A stretch of 64,000 nucleotides of DNA from a virus (taxonomy: Duplodnaviria; Caudoviricetes), in the IMG/VR virus record IMGVR_UViG_3300042013_000103. One strand, 5' to 3'. Shown here one piece after another: positions 29,187 through 39,672 of the stretch (the first letter of the stretch is position 1; every line of letters starts with the position of its first letter). The translations under genes and the position numbers were made by a program. Under the pieces are notes generated by a model. That model worked only from the letters and a program-made list of their open reading frames with translations, had not been told where the DNA came from and searched no databases.

Positions 29187-29289
29187 GTTACACTTCCTTC
29201 ACGTGTTGTGCCCTGGGGCAAAATGGTTAACCATACTATTGTTTTGCGAGTTGAATCGAAGTGACTCAACTCGGTGGGGTCGTTAGCAG

Positions 29290-30375
29290 TTATTCCTTGA
29301 CGACGTACAGTTCAAGTTCTTTCTCAGCAAGGGCAATCTTGCCATTGATCGAATACTGGACCCGACTCAACACAGCATTCAAAGCAGGGATGCCCCGTTG
29401 ACGCAACACGTCGAGTAACAGCACCTCGGCTTGCATGTGTTGTATTGCCGCGTTCATGTCGCCGCCAGGGCCTCGGCTTTCCAAAGCATGGGCTTTGTCC
29501 AACACCGCTTGGAACCGACGATCCGGTTGTTCGAACTGGGCCAAGCTGGCGTTCAGCAGTTTGGCTTCTTTCAAGAACTTGGAGAGTTCCCCCACACTGC
29601 GGACTTTGGCTTGGTACTCTTCAGGGGCGTTGTCTTGGGCGTCCACAAACGCTGCCCGGTAGCCGTCCAGGATTTCAAAGCGCACCCCACCGACCCACGG
29701 GATCTCAGGGTTGTCGATTGGATGCTGATTGCACGCTTGGGTGAGTTGTTCTTTGAAGGCGTTGAAATCGTTACTGGTGAAGTCAAACTGTTCCAGTACT
29801 TGAACCGCGGCATTCATTTGTTGGTCACGCTGGGCCGGGTAAGCCCGGAGCATGAAGTCCACCAGCTCCCGTTCGTTCCGGAGGTGGTTGCCCACGTACT
29901 CGTCACCGATGAACAGGCGTCCGGCAAACCCAACGTCGATCACGGAGTGGCTGGGTTGGGCCCCGCTGGCCAGTTGGGTGATCTTCTGCAACGCTTGGTC
30001 CACCCGACCCGCCGAGCTGCGCAGCAGGTGAATGACCTTGGCCAACTGTTCTTTCAGGAACGCCATGATCTTGGCGATGATTTCCTTGGCCCGTGCAGCA
30101 CCTTCCTTAATGCGTTCTGACAGCTGTTTGACGTCAACCGCCACCGTCTTACTGGCGGAGTCATAACTCCCGTTAAAATCCTCCACAGCGGCTGTCAGAG
30201 GGGATACGGTGCCCAACAGGGCATCAGTACGCTTCAGGTCCACTTTCAGGATCGCTGCAGCCTGCCCATTGATGCCATCTGTACCGGCCATTGCCAAACA
30301 ACGACCGTACTGTTCGAGTGAGGCCATCATCCCCTGCACTCGGTTTAACGCCACTTCTAAATTAACGAGAGTCAT
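29290..30375 (-). CDS. Internal head protein paralog (gp94-like)
   Basis: SLEQY...AGTDGINGQAAAILKV family signature. Confidence 0.85.
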   Translation of the reverse strand: MTLVNLEVALNRVQGMMASLEQYGRCLAMAGTDGINGQAAAILKVDLKRTDALLGTVSPLTAAVEDFNGSYDSASKTVAVDVKQLSERIKEGAARAKEIIAKIMAFLKEQLAKVIHLLRSSAGRVDQALQKITQLASGAQPSHSVIDVGFAGRLFIGDEYVGNHLRNERELVDFMLRAYPAQRDQQMNAAVQVLEQFDFTSNDFNAFKEQLTQACNQHPIDNPEIPWVGGVRFEILDGYRAAFVDAQDNAPEEYQAKVRSVGELSKFLKEAKLLNASLAQFEQPDRRFQAVLDKAHALESRGPGGDMNAAIQHMQAEVLLLDVLRQRGIPALNAVLSRVQYSINGKIALAEKELELYVVKE

Positions 30376-30430
30376 TTCTCTATTCCCAGTGATTTGAAAC
30401 TATAGGATTAGCTGCTCCATCCAGCTTACT

Positions 30431-30461
30431 GGCATAAAGCCCTCCCCGGAGGGAGAGCCTT
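30431..30461 (-). terminator. Hairpin with GGCATAA flank
   Basis: GCCCTCCC-cgga-GGGAGAGC. Confidence 0.65.
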
Positions 30462-30466
30462 AAAGG

Positions 30467-31639
30467 TCATGCGTCGAGGAGACCGAGTTCCTGGTTCACC
30501 ACACGCAGCTTCGCCACCTGGGTATCGGACAGTTGACGGATCACGGCGTTAACCGAACCGTCCAACAGTTCTTGCAGGAAGTGGATCACATGGAGTTCAC
30601 AGTGCATGCCGGTGACCGCCCCTTGGTCCGTTTTGTACGGCATGGCGTAAGCCTTGACGTCTTCCAGAGACTCGGAGGCACCTTCCGTCAAATCGAACAG
30701 CCCGCCCATGGCCGCTTGCATGGCTTTGGACGACGACACAAACTGGTCTAGTGCGGACCGGTCGCGCACTTCCAGGTCCACCGGTTTCGGGGCCGCACGG
30801 TCATCGTCTTGCAACGCCAACGAAGAACTGTGCTCGTCCTTGTAGTCGATGACGTAACCGCCAGCGATGGTCAAGCCCGCGGTCGGGCGAGTGCCGAACC
30901 AACTGCGGCGGGCTTCGCCGAAGGTCCGGAAGAAGTCTTCCGCATTGCCTTCTTCCACTTGGTACGTGGACACCAGCTTACTGGCGAAGGTCATGCCTTC
31001 CAGCACCCACTTCATGTGTGCGCTTTTCAACCAGGTGATGGCTTTGACTTCGGACCCCAAACCGAGGTCCAATTCGCCACCCACGTACAGGTGCTTGGGG
31101 TTTTGAATGGTGAAGGTCAACGACTCCGCTTTACCGGTGGGCGCAGCTTTCACAGCGGCCGTCACGGTGGATTGCAGGGCGTCTACTTTGGCATAGCGTG
31201 ACTTGGCGTCCGTCCATTGTGCCTTAAGCCACGCTAGAAGCTTTCCCAGCATCTCCTTGGCTTTAGCCACCCCCTTTTGAATGCGGTCGGTGATGTCTTC
31301 CAGGGAGACGTTCGCTTTGCGCAGGGCGCTGCGAGGCGAGCCGTCGAAACTTTCGAGGCCCGGCACCGGAGTGTCGTAACCGATGACGCGGTCGATGGAA
31401 CGCAACGCCACGCGCAGGATCGCACCGGACTGGCCGTTCAGACCGTCAGGGCCTGCTTGGGTAAGCAACTGACGGAACTCTTCCAGCGAAGTGATGGCTT
31501 CCGCCACTTCGTCGCCATCCACGTTGTTGTATTCCACGGTCTGTGGGTTGATGTCGGTCGTGTCGGACACGGCAATGTTGGTCGTCGAATCTACGGTGAG
31601 ATCCGGATCGGTCGGTTTCTCGTTCGTTTGCGTGGTCAT
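30467..31639 (-). CDS. Internal head protein paralog (gp93-like)
   Basis: SLEEF...AGPDGLNGQSGAILRVAL...GLESFD...VSLEDI. Confidence 0.85.
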   Translation of the reverse strand: MTTQTNEKPTDPDLTVDSTTNIAVSDTTDINPQTVEYNNVDGDEVAEAITSLEEFRQLLTQAGPDGLNGQSGAILRVALRSIDRVIGYDTPVPGLESFDGSPRSALRKANVSLEDITDRIQKGVAKAKEMLGKLLAWLKAQWTDAKSRYAKVDALQSTVTAAVKAAPTGKAESLTFTIQNPKHLYVGGELDLGLGSEVKAITWLKSAHMKWVLEGMTFASKLVSTYQVEEGNAEDFFRTFGEARRSWFGTRPTAGLTIAGGYVIDYKDEHSSSLALQDDDRAAPKPVDLEVRDRSALDQFVSSSKAMQAAMGGLFDLTEGASESLEDVKAYAMPYKTDQGAVTGMHCELHVIHFLQELLDGSVNAVIRQLSDTQVAKLRVVNQELGLLDA

Positions 31640-32937
31640 GGTTTCTTCTCAGCAGTGGGTTTTTGGACAGGTGGAATATAGGCTTTCAATTCCAAATCGG
31701 CTACATATACTAAACCGCCCAGTAGTCTTAACTGACTGGCTACGGCGTTGTTGTAATCGACCGCCAAGCGGTTGACGTTGTGCAGCATCAGGGTCACATC
31801 ATGGATGATTTCTGAGACAGCAGGGATACCCGGGGCTTTGGCCCCCTCCTCGTCATCGTCGTGTTCTTTTCCATCGGGTGTGCGAATCTGTCCGGCTTTG
31901 GTGCGCACCCGTTCGGCTGCCGCTTGGAGTTTGCGGATGCTGGCCGCGAGTTTCTGTTCCGTCCCTTTACGGGCCACGAAGCGGGTGGTCACCGCCGTCA
32001 ACAAAGCCAAGCGTTGCTTGAGGGCATTGAGTTCCGCGGTATCAAACACCCCGTCGGAGTCACTGTCACTTTTCAGGTCAGGCACCGGGAGCAGTTTAAA
32101 GGACAATCCGCGGGCGGTGTTCACCATGAACTTCCAGTCGCGGAGTTCTTCCGTGTCGGTTTTGGTGGGACCCCCCGCGTACAGCGCTTTGTTCCCTTGG
32201 ACGGGCTGTCCCCGGTACACGTCCGCATCGGTGCGGAACCGGTCATCGTCTTCAATGCGCTCCGCGGCTTTTAACCACGTCTGCGGATTGAACGAACTGA
32301 AGTCCACCGCGGCTTCATCAGTGAACTCTTTGTCAAAGCTCAGTTTCGACAACACCCCGGTGAGGGTGTCCACGTACCGGATAAATACTTTGTCAAAAAA
32401 GTCGAACGAGTTGTTGGACAACTCCACCAAGGGACGGACTTCGCCCGGGAGGACTTTACCGTCGAGCACGAACTTGGCGTGCGTCGGCAGGGTGTAAGTG
32501 GTTTGGTGAGGTTTGGTTGACCCCAGGTTCCCCACGCGTTCCACCAGCATGTGCAGGTGTTCTTGAACCCGCTGTGCCCCCGAGTTGATCAACCCGGAGT
32601 AATCGAGGGACTGGGTGAGCAGCAGTTTGATCATCGACATCGCCGCGTCCCATGTGGTCTTGGCCGATTCGGTGATGTCCTCTAAGCCCAACCGGTGTTT
32701 GCTGGTGATGTACTGCAACATGGCCAGGTCCGGGGTCAGGGCGTGCTGCATAAAAGCGGAATGTACGGACCACTGGGTTTGCAGTCCATTGGCGGTGACG
32801 TCTACCCGTGCGGCAGCCGCTTCTAGTCCAACTTGAAGGCGCGACAACAGTGCGCCAAACGAGTCAGACATATCGGTGGGGTCACCCCCACCGACTGTCG
32901 TTGCTGGTAACGGGAGACGTTGGGTAACGTCGTCCAT
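31636..32937 (-). CDS. Internal head protein (gp92-like)
   Basis: ATG 32937 with RBS GGAG; GLEA and GLEDIT motifs. Confidence 0.8.
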   Translation of the reverse strand: MDDVTQRLPLPATTVGGGDPTDMSDSFGALLSRLQVGLEAAAARVDVTANGLQTQWSVHSAFMQHALTPDLAMLQYITSKHRLGLEDITESAKTTWDAAMSMIKLLLTQSLDYSGLINSGAQRVQEHLHMLVERVGNLGSTKPHQTTYTLPTHAKFVLDGKVLPGEVRPLVELSNNSFDFFDKVFIRYVDTLTGVLSKLSFDKEFTDEAAVDFSSFNPQTWLKAAERIEDDDRFRTDADVYRGQPVQGNKALYAGGPTKTDTEELRDWKFMVNTARGLSFKLLPVPDLKSDSDSDGVFDTAELNALKQRLALLTAVTTRFVARKGTEQKLAASIRKLQAAAERVRTKAGQIRTPDGKEHDDDEEGAKAPGIPAVSEIIHDVTLMLHNVNRLAVDYNNAVASQLRLLGGLVYVADLELKAYIPPVQKPTAEKKP

Positions 32938-32938
32938 A

Positions 32939-33475
32939 TTACACTCCGTCTTTGATGCGCATTGACACGGTGCCAAATAGCAGGTGCAACGTGTACATCA
33001 TGTCATCGAACCCTTTCTTGTGCGAACACCATTGCTGGATCATCGCTTCCGGGGACGTGCTGAGTTGCAGCAGTTGGAACAGACCACGGATGTCGTGACG
33101 GTTCTCCACCAGCTGTACGCCCGACTCCGGTTCGTCCGAGATCAAACCCGGCCAGGTATGGATGTCCAAGCGACGACGGCCCGTGGCGATAAAGCGCAAG
33201 GTGTCTTGCAGGAACTCATAGCTGTAACCGGTAACTTGGGCATTGGAGTCTTGACGGATGAACCAGTTGAAGTTCCCGGTGAACAGACGCAGCGCTTCGT
33301 TGATGACCTTCTTGCGAAAGTCCCAGTACACGGTGCGTTGTGGGAACACGGTGTATTCCAGGAACAGGTCGTGAATCTTGTTGTCGCCTGGACGGGAGAC
33401 GTACTGGTTCTGAGGACGTGCTTGGCCGCCCGAGTAAGCACGGCTTCCAAACTCTTTGACTCTGTTAGTAGCCAT
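32939..33475 (-). CDS. Conserved hypothetical/virion protein (gp91-like)
   Basis: 178 aa in the structural operon. Confidence 0.75.
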   Translation of the reverse strand: MATNRVKEFGSRAYSGGQARPQNQYVSRPGDNKIHDLFLEYTVFPQRTVYWDFRKKVINEALRLFTGNFNWFIRQDSNAQVTGYSYEFLQDTLRFIATGRRRLDIHTWPGLISDEPESGVQLVENRHDIRGLFQLLQLSTSPEAMIQQWCSHKKGFDDMMYTLHLLFGTVSMRIKDGV

Positions 33476-33486
33476 CGGTGTTCCCC

Positions 33487-34389
33487 TTAAGCCGCTTCCG
33501 CGCCAGCAGCTTTCTCTTCAACCTGCAACAGTTTATATTCGTAATCGGAAGCCCGACGTTCGAATTTCACGATGCGGTCTTGGATCACCAGACTCGACGG
33601 GTTGCCCGCTTGCAGTTCGCGCAGTTCTTGCAAACGCAGCTGCAGGCAGTAGTACTCTTCCTTCGCCGTTTGGTACGACGCAAAGCGCCACTCGGCCAGG
33701 AACTTGCCCATCAGCATCAACGGGTTGGACTGCGGACTGAAGCCTTCCAGTTGCAGTGGGTCAGCTTTGGCCGCACCCAAGCTGGAGAGGGCCAGGTCGA
33801 ACGTTTCGTCGTTGAGTTCAGCCGACGACGTGCCGTGGATGCGCTGTTTCAGTTCCTTGTCGGTCAGCGACATCGCGACGAACAGGTTGACGAACTGCTG
33901 CATGTTGGTGTGAATCCAATCCACTTCACCGGTGGACCACTTCATCGGCGCGGCTTTGCCCAGTTGAGCGGCTTCCGCCCCGACGAGGTAAAGCAGGAAC
34001 TTACGGCCATAACGCACGTAGAAGTTCATCGCGTCGACGTACTTCAGCACGGTGGCGCGGTTGAAGGTCAACGAGGTGTTGGTGAACTGCACCGAGAACA
34101 AGGCACGGGCTTCACGCTCGACCACGTCCAAATTCGTGCGCATGTTTTCCAACGACGCCACCATCACGTCAAAGCTGGAACCTTGGACCTTCACGAAGCG
34201 ACGCAGCACGACGTCGTAGTCGCGCATCAGCTTCGATTTGAAGGTATGCCCGGCAAAGCCTTCTTTCACGTCCAGCAACAACGGCGCCAGCGTTTCATCG
34301 TAGGCCGTCCGAATCCCTTCCAGCTGTGCCATCAGGTCACGGCGTTCCACGATAGGGGCGAGACCCTTTACATATTCAAGCAGTGTCAT
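33487..34389 (-). CDS. Head/inner body protein (gp90-like)
   Basis: 300 aa, C-terminal coiled coil; synteny. Confidence 0.75.
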   Translation of the reverse strand: MTLLEYVKGLAPIVERRDLMAQLEGIRTAYDETLAPLLLDVKEGFAGHTFKSKLMRDYDVVLRRFVKVQGSSFDVMVASLENMRTNLDVVEREARALFSVQFTNTSLTFNRATVLKYVDAMNFYVRYGRKFLLYLVGAEAAQLGKAAPMKWSTGEVDWIHTNMQQFVNLFVAMSLTDKELKQRIHGTSSAELNDETFDLALSSLGAAKADPLQLEGFSPQSNPLMLMGKFLAEWRFASYQTAKEEYYCLQLRLQELRELQAGNPSSLVIQDRIVKFERRASDYEYKLLQVEEKAAGAEAA

Positions 34390-34404
34390 AGACCACCCCT
34401 AAGG

Positions 34405-35634
34405 TTAAATGTTGGTTTGCATGGCTTTGTTGAAGACTTTGAACAGTTCACCGATGTCCGAACCTTTGTTCTTCTCCATCGCCTTGATTTCGTCGTAGCG
34501 GTGTTCGGTGGACAGGTCGATGCCGCGGTGGTAGATGCGCACGCGCTGGAAGCGTTCGTCGACCACGATCAACAGCAACAGGTAGCTGTTGGCGAAGATG
34601 GCGTCACGGACGGCTTTCTGTTCGATCTTGCCGTACAGCTTGGAACCGGCTTCTTTCAGCGTCTGGGTGGAGATCACCGCGATGTTGGAAGCGTCCGCCA
34701 TGCTCACCCGGCCGGTCGACATCGCCGCAGCGGTGTTGTCACGACGGCGGTCCATCATGGTGGAATAAGCGCCGGACTTGTCGTCCATCAGGGCTTTGAA
34801 GTGGGCGTCGATCATGTCTTGGCCCAGCACGAAGTCGCGCCAGAAACGCAACTGACCGGTCTGCACCATGAAGAAGCGCTGCGCCCAGTTATCCCGACCG
34901 TCGGCACTAAAGATATGTACGAGAACACTCGATGGCACCGGCACGGGGATCAGGCGCAACAGCACCGGGATCTTCGCTTTGTGTTCGCCGTCGCGCAGTT
35001 CGACGTTCAACAGTTTGCCCACGGCCAGGTTTTCTGCTTCGTAGATCTTCTGACCGTCCGAAATGATGGCGTCTTGCAGGCGCTCAGTTTTCTTCGCGTC
35101 TTTGCCTTGGGACTTGTCGGTGGATGCTTTCTCGCTGGAGTCTTCCAATGAGGCCACGGCCACGACGTCTTTGCTGTAACCGGGTTCGAAGGCTTCCACA
35201 GCCGGCAGACCGAGTTCAAACTTTTCAGTGCCCAGCGCCGTACGCAGACCTTTGGTCGCTTCGCGGCGAACCGCGTTGCCCAACGTCGTGCCGCCATTGA
35301 TCGAGCGGTGCGGGTTGAGGGTATCGAAGACGCCCAGAGTATCGATGCTACCCACGCCGCAGATCATGTTGACCGCTTGCAGGTAATAGCCGGCGTAGTT
35401 CGACAGGGCGAGTTTCAGGATGTCTTGCATGAACGGCTGGTCAACCAGCACTTGGTCAATCAGGCACACCGGTTCAACCCGAGCTGGCTTGGCCGCATCC
35501 GCCAAGGAACTCGCTTTAAAACCCGTACGCGACCAGTTGGTGACCGAATCGATCAAACCTACTCCGATGGACGTAGCGACGCTGGTGGCTACATTGGTAG
35601 CGGCCGCAGCGCCAATAGCGGCGAATGGTAGCAT
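34405..35634 (-). CDS. Head/inner body protein (gp89-like)
   Basis: 409 aa; ARVEPVCLID and internal AVEAF/ASLED motifs; synteny. Confidence 0.75.
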   Translation of the reverse strand: MLPFAAIGAAAATNVATSVATSIGVGLIDSVTNWSRTGFKASSLADAAKPARVEPVCLIDQVLVDQPFMQDILKLALSNYAGYYLQAVNMICGVGSIDTLGVFDTLNPHRSINGGTTLGNAVRREATKGLRTALGTEKFELGLPAVEAFEPGYSKDVVAVASLEDSSEKASTDKSQGKDAKKTERLQDAIISDGQKIYEAENLAVGKLLNVELRDGEHKAKIPVLLRLIPVPVPSSVLVHIFSADGRDNWAQRFFMVQTGQLRFWRDFVLGQDMIDAHFKALMDDKSGAYSTMMDRRRDNTAAAMSTGRVSMADASNIAVISTQTLKEAGSKLYGKIEQKAVRDAIFANSYLLLLIVVDERFQRVRIYHRGIDLSTEHRYDEIKAMEKNKGSDIGELFKVFNKAMQTNI

Positions 35635-35673
35635 TTTCTTTTCCTTTCTTGATTTAAACAGCGAGTTATAAAA

Positions 35674-36711
35674 ATGGCATATGATGATTTCGCAAGTCAG
35701 ATCCTACAAAACACCGGACACGCTCCGAGGAATAAAGCCGTCCAGGATTCCTTCCAAGGCTTAAACATCATCGGTCGTAACCCTGGGTTGCCCGTCAACA
35801 CGTCGAACCATGGTTATACGTTTTTTACACGACCGTATTTGAATCTGTCGGATGAGAACTGCATGGTCGATCGCAGGCTCTCTCAATTATTGGTTCAGGA
35901 CTCCAATTCCATCCAACGGATGATCCGTGCGTACCTGGATCCCAGGGCGCAGAAAGAAGGACTGGAGTGTCGTGGGGTAGACCCACTCAACCCTTTCATA
36001 ACATTACTGTCGAACAACATGATGTCCTTGACCGGGTGGGAGGACTTTACGCTCAACATGGCCTCGTCCACACCGGGGGTTTACCGGGACGTGATGTCAT
36101 ATGTTGATGACGTGCCTTACCAGTACGGGACCTGGGACGCTTCGGCGCAATTCCGGAATTTGGAAGGGGACCCGATTACCCAGCTGTTCTTTCTATGGGA
36201 AGTTTACATGGGCTTGGCCAAGGAAGGGCGCATCATGCCCTACCCCGACGCGGTCCTGTTGAACGAGATGGATTACAACACGCGGTTCTACCGGCTGGAG
36301 ATGGATTACACCCGGACCTACGTCACCCGCATTTATGCCCCAGGGGCAGCCGTGCCCACCACCGCCCCCACCGGTCGCAACGCCGACTACACCGGCGACG
36401 GTTCGGAAACCGGCATGCAAGCCGTGGCGGAAAACATCGGCATTAACTTCCGCTGCATGGGCGTGACCACTTACGACTTTATCCTGCTGTACGAGTTCAA
36501 CGCCGTGATGGAGATGTTTAATCCCCTCATGAAAGACGAGAACCGTTCACAGGTCATGGTCCAATTAAAACCCTGGGAAAAAGAATTCTTCAACTACCGG
36601 GCCTACCCACGCATCAACGTGATCACCATGGAACTTGAGTGGTGGTGCCAACGGGCGTACTACGATCAAGTCGTCCAAGGGATGTTGCGCAAAGGCCCCG
36701 CTGGCCAATAA
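35674..36711 (+). CDS. Virion structural protein (gp88-like)
   Basis: 345 aa; GYTFFTRPYLNL motif; divergent from the gp89-like gene as in phiKZ. Confidence 0.75.
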   Translation: MAYDDFASQILQNTGHAPRNKAVQDSFQGLNIIGRNPGLPVNTSNHGYTFFTRPYLNLSDENCMVDRRLSQLLVQDSNSIQRMIRAYLDPRAQKEGLECRGVDPLNPFITLLSNNMMSLTGWEDFTLNMASSTPGVYRDVMSYVDDVPYQYGTWDASAQFRNLEGDPITQLFFLWEVYMGLAKEGRIMPYPDAVLLNEMDYNTRFYRLEMDYTRTYVTRIYAPGAAVPTTAPTGRNADYTGDGSETGMQAVAENIGINFRCMGVTTYDFILLYEFNAVMEMFNPLMKDENRSQVMVQLKPWEKEFFNYRAYPRINVITMELEWWCQRAYYDQVVQGMLRKGPAGQ

Positions 36712-36722
36712 GGTATTTAGAC

Positions 36723-39629
36723 ATGAGTGATTTTAAAGACAGGATGTACGCGGTCCGTCGGAACCCGGCGTTGATGAGCACGGTGGCGTACACCGAACTC
36801 GACAGCCAACTGGGCACCAAAGGGTCCTACGACGTTCCGGACGGTACCATTCCGTTTGTGTGGGCCATGGAACTGGGGGCCATCGAAACGGCCATGTGCA
36901 TCAACGAGATGGAAGCCTACGGCCGCAAGCTGTACACGCGGTTGGCGATCGATTCCGAAGAAGCCTACCTGCACATGTCGGACATCGACTTCATCGGGCG
37001 TTTTGCTTCCCCGGCCCAAACCGAGTTCTTGCTGTACCTCGATTACGAAGAGGTGCTGTCCAAGGCGGTGGCGTGGGGCACCGAAGGCATTCGCAAGCTG
37101 GTGATCCCACGGTTGACCCAGTTCGAAGCGGCCGGCCTCAAGTTCACCATGCAATACCCGCTGGAACTGCGTGTGATGCGCCACGGGGGCATTCAAGTCG
37201 AATACGACCTGACCGTACCGTCCCCGATCGAAACCTTGGCCACCAACCTCGTGACCTGGGAGATGAAATTGATCAACCGCGCCAGGGTGATGGAACTGCG
37301 CATCCCGGTGAAGCAATTCGCCATTGAATCCCACACCGACCCGGTCAACCCCTCATCGTTGTTTCAAAACGATTTTGCTTTCAGTGACCAGTTCTACTTT
37401 GCCCGCTGCTATTTGAGCGATGACGAAACGGGTGAATGGCGTGAAATCCAAACCACCCACTCGGACCAGGTTTACGACCCGCTGGAAGTGACGGCCGTTC
37501 TGCAGGTGGTGGGGAACCGGTTGTCGGTGGTGATCCCACCGGTCTACACGTTCAAGGGCATGGCCACCGGTCAATTTCGGATCGACATCTATACCACCCT
37601 GGGTTACATCGAACGGGACTTGGCGTCTTACCGCGTCAACCAGTTCAAGGCGACGTTCAACGACATCGACGATGACTCCACCTACGTGGACCCGATCAAA
37701 ACCTTCACCATCAACAACGTGTTGAACGTGGACCGGGTGGTGGGGGGTTCGAACTCGATGGGCTTTGAAGCCTTGCGGAACCAGATCATCGAGAACACCC
37801 TGGGCCCGAACAACGTGCCGATCACCAACGTGCAGCTCTCGGCCGAACTCACCCGTCGGGGTTACGCACTGGTGTCCAACATTGACCAGATCACCAACCG
37901 CCAGTTCTTGGCGTCACGTCGTTTGGGCGAACCCGTGGCGTTGGACATCATTTCGGGCGCGGGTACCGTGATGTCGATGTTGCAGGTGTCCATGGTGGAA
38001 CTGGCCCAATCGGCTCACGTGAAGGACAACGGACCCCGGATCACCCTCTTGCCGTCGATGCTGTACAACTTCCAGAACGGGAAGGTCACGGTGGTGCCCG
38101 ATGCTCAGATCTTGAGCTTGGTCAACGCCTCGGCGGAAAACAAAGTGCGGTTGATCAACGATGCCCGGTATGTGTACTCCCCGTTCCACTACGTGCTGGA
38201 CGCGTCCTCGAACAACTTTGATTGCCGGCCGTATTACCTCGACAACCCGATGATCACCCAGAAGTACTTCGTGGGGGAAAACGACACCGCGCAGATGCAA
38301 GCCTCGATTGACCTGTTCGAGATCCACAAGGTCGCCGAAGGTTACCAGGTCCAGATCACGCTGGTGTCGGATGCCCAGTTCAAAACGCTGGGGAACGACC
38401 AAGTCGCCGTGCAGATCGGTTACCAACCAGACGGGGAAACGGCGTACGTGTCGGTGAACGGGCGCTTCACCGGGCTCACCACCGCCAACGAACGGGTGTT
38501 CACGTTTGACATCAACACTGATTACGACATCAACGCGTTGGGGCAGTTATTCACCACCAACATGTCGATGTACTCGGAGGCGCAAAACAACTACGGGTTC
38601 AAACTGCAGACCGACCTGGACGTGACGATTCTGGTCACCAACACCCTGACCCCAGGTTACCAGCCGAACGACCTGGACGCCATGGTGCAGTCGCACCTGT
38701 TGCCGAACGTGTTCATGGTCGTGAACCGGGAACGCTTGGCCACCACGTTTGGTTACGACATGTCCCGGATCTGGCGCCGGAACCGCACCATCGCGTCGGC
38801 GGAGTCGTACCAGAAATGGGCCGAGAACGTGCAAGCGTACTGGGCCACGGACAAGTACCTGGAAGATGAAAACGGCAACGTGATCATCACGCTGGTCAAT
38901 GACGTCATCACCTACACCAAGGTCCACAGTGCCGGAGACCCGGTGGTGGACAGCAATGGCGACCCGGTGTGGCAGTACCTGAAAGGGGACACCAAACTGG
39001 ACGCTAACGGAGAACCGATCCTGTTGGAACCCCGGAAGATTCACCGGGAACTCACGCTGTTCATGGTCGACGGGTTGTTCTACTTCGTCACGGAAGACGC
39101 GGCAGTGGCGTACCAGAAAGAAATCCCGATGGAGTTGGTCAGTTGGGTGCAGTCGGACATTGACGTGGTCTCACGCAAGCTGTTGTCGGACAGCAAGATG
39201 TTCTTGTACCCGACCAACACCTTCGGGGAAACCTTGGCCACAGTGAAGGATGGGTTGGACACCACCATCACGATCGACCAAGCCATGGCCATCAACTTCT
39301 ACCTCTCGCACTCGGCGTACTCCAACGCCACCATTCGTCCGGCCTTGACCCGTACTGGGAAACAGACCATCAACGACATGTTTGGGGCGAAGAAGATCTC
39401 TGTGTCTGACATCATCACATCCCTCAAGGCGACCTCGGGGGAAGATGTGTTGGCCATTGAGGTCAGTGGGTTGGGGGGTAAGGATAACTTCCCTGTGTTG
39501 ACGGTAAACGACGACGCGGTGCGGTTGGCGTTGCGGAAGAAGCTGGTGGTTCTGGCTAACCAAGAACTTACCGTGGAAGACGACATCACGTTCAACTACC
39601 TGCGACACACGTTGCCAACTCCGGTGTAA
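36723..39629 (+). CDS. Large virion structural protein (gp87-like; possibly baseplate wedge)
   Basis: ~968 aa from ATG 36723; VVGG...FEALR motif recalls baseplate wedge proteins. Confidence 0.75.
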   Translation: MSDFKDRMYAVRRNPALMSTVAYTELDSQLGTKGSYDVPDGTIPFVWAMELGAIETAMCINEMEAYGRKLYTRLAIDSEEAYLHMSDIDFIGRFASPAQTEFLLYLDYEEVLSKAVAWGTEGIRKLVIPRLTQFEAAGLKFTMQYPLELRVMRHGGIQVEYDLTVPSPIETLATNLVTWEMKLINRARVMELRIPVKQFAIESHTDPVNPSSLFQNDFAFSDQFYFARCYLSDDETGEWREIQTTHSDQVYDPLEVTAVLQVVGNRLSVVIPPVYTFKGMATGQFRIDIYTTLGYIERDLASYRVNQFKATFNDIDDDSTYVDPIKTFTINNVLNVDRVVGGSNSMGFEALRNQIIENTLGPNNVPITNVQLSAELTRRGYALVSNIDQITNRQFLASRRLGEPVALDIISGAGTVMSMLQVSMVELAQSAHVKDNGPRITLLPSMLYNFQNGKVTVVPDAQILSLVNASAENKVRLINDARYVYSPFHYVLDASSNNFDCRPYYLDNPMITQKYFVGENDTAQMQASIDLFEIHKVAEGYQVQITLVSDAQFKTLGNDQVAVQIGYQPDGETAYVSVNGRFTGLTTANERVFTFDINTDYDINALGQLFTTNMSMYSEAQNNYGFKLQTDLDVTILVTNTLTPGYQPNDLDAMVQSHLLPNVFMVVNRERLATTFGYDMSRIWRRNRTIASAESYQKWAENVQAYWATDKYLEDENGNVIITLVNDVITYTKVHSAGDPVVDSNGDPVWQYLKGDTKLDANGEPILLEPRKIHRELTLFMVDGLFYFVTEDAAVAYQKEIPMELVSWVQSDIDVVSRKLLSDSKMFLYPTNTFGETLATVKDGLDTTITIDQAMAINFYLSHSAYSNATIRPALTRTGKQTINDMFGAKKISVSDIITSLKATSGEDVLAIEVSGLGGKDNFPVLTVNDDAVRLALRKKLVVLANQELTVEDDITFNYLRHTLPTPV

Positions 39630-39630
39630 C

Positions 39631-39670
39631 GGCATAAGCCCCCTCCCGCACAGGAGGGGGCAATATGTCG
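39631..39670. terminator. Bidirectional hairpin terminator
   Basis: Nearly identical to 3306-3343 apart from the loop; between convergent genes. Confidence 0.8.
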
Positions 39671-39672
39671 CC

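Noticed and set aside
35674-36711. Calling this ORF the tail tube protein
   Set aside because: By synteny it is the gp88 equivalent, and the phiKZ tube gene lies elsewhere next to the sheath. A tube-like fold is possible but cannot be supported without a profile search.
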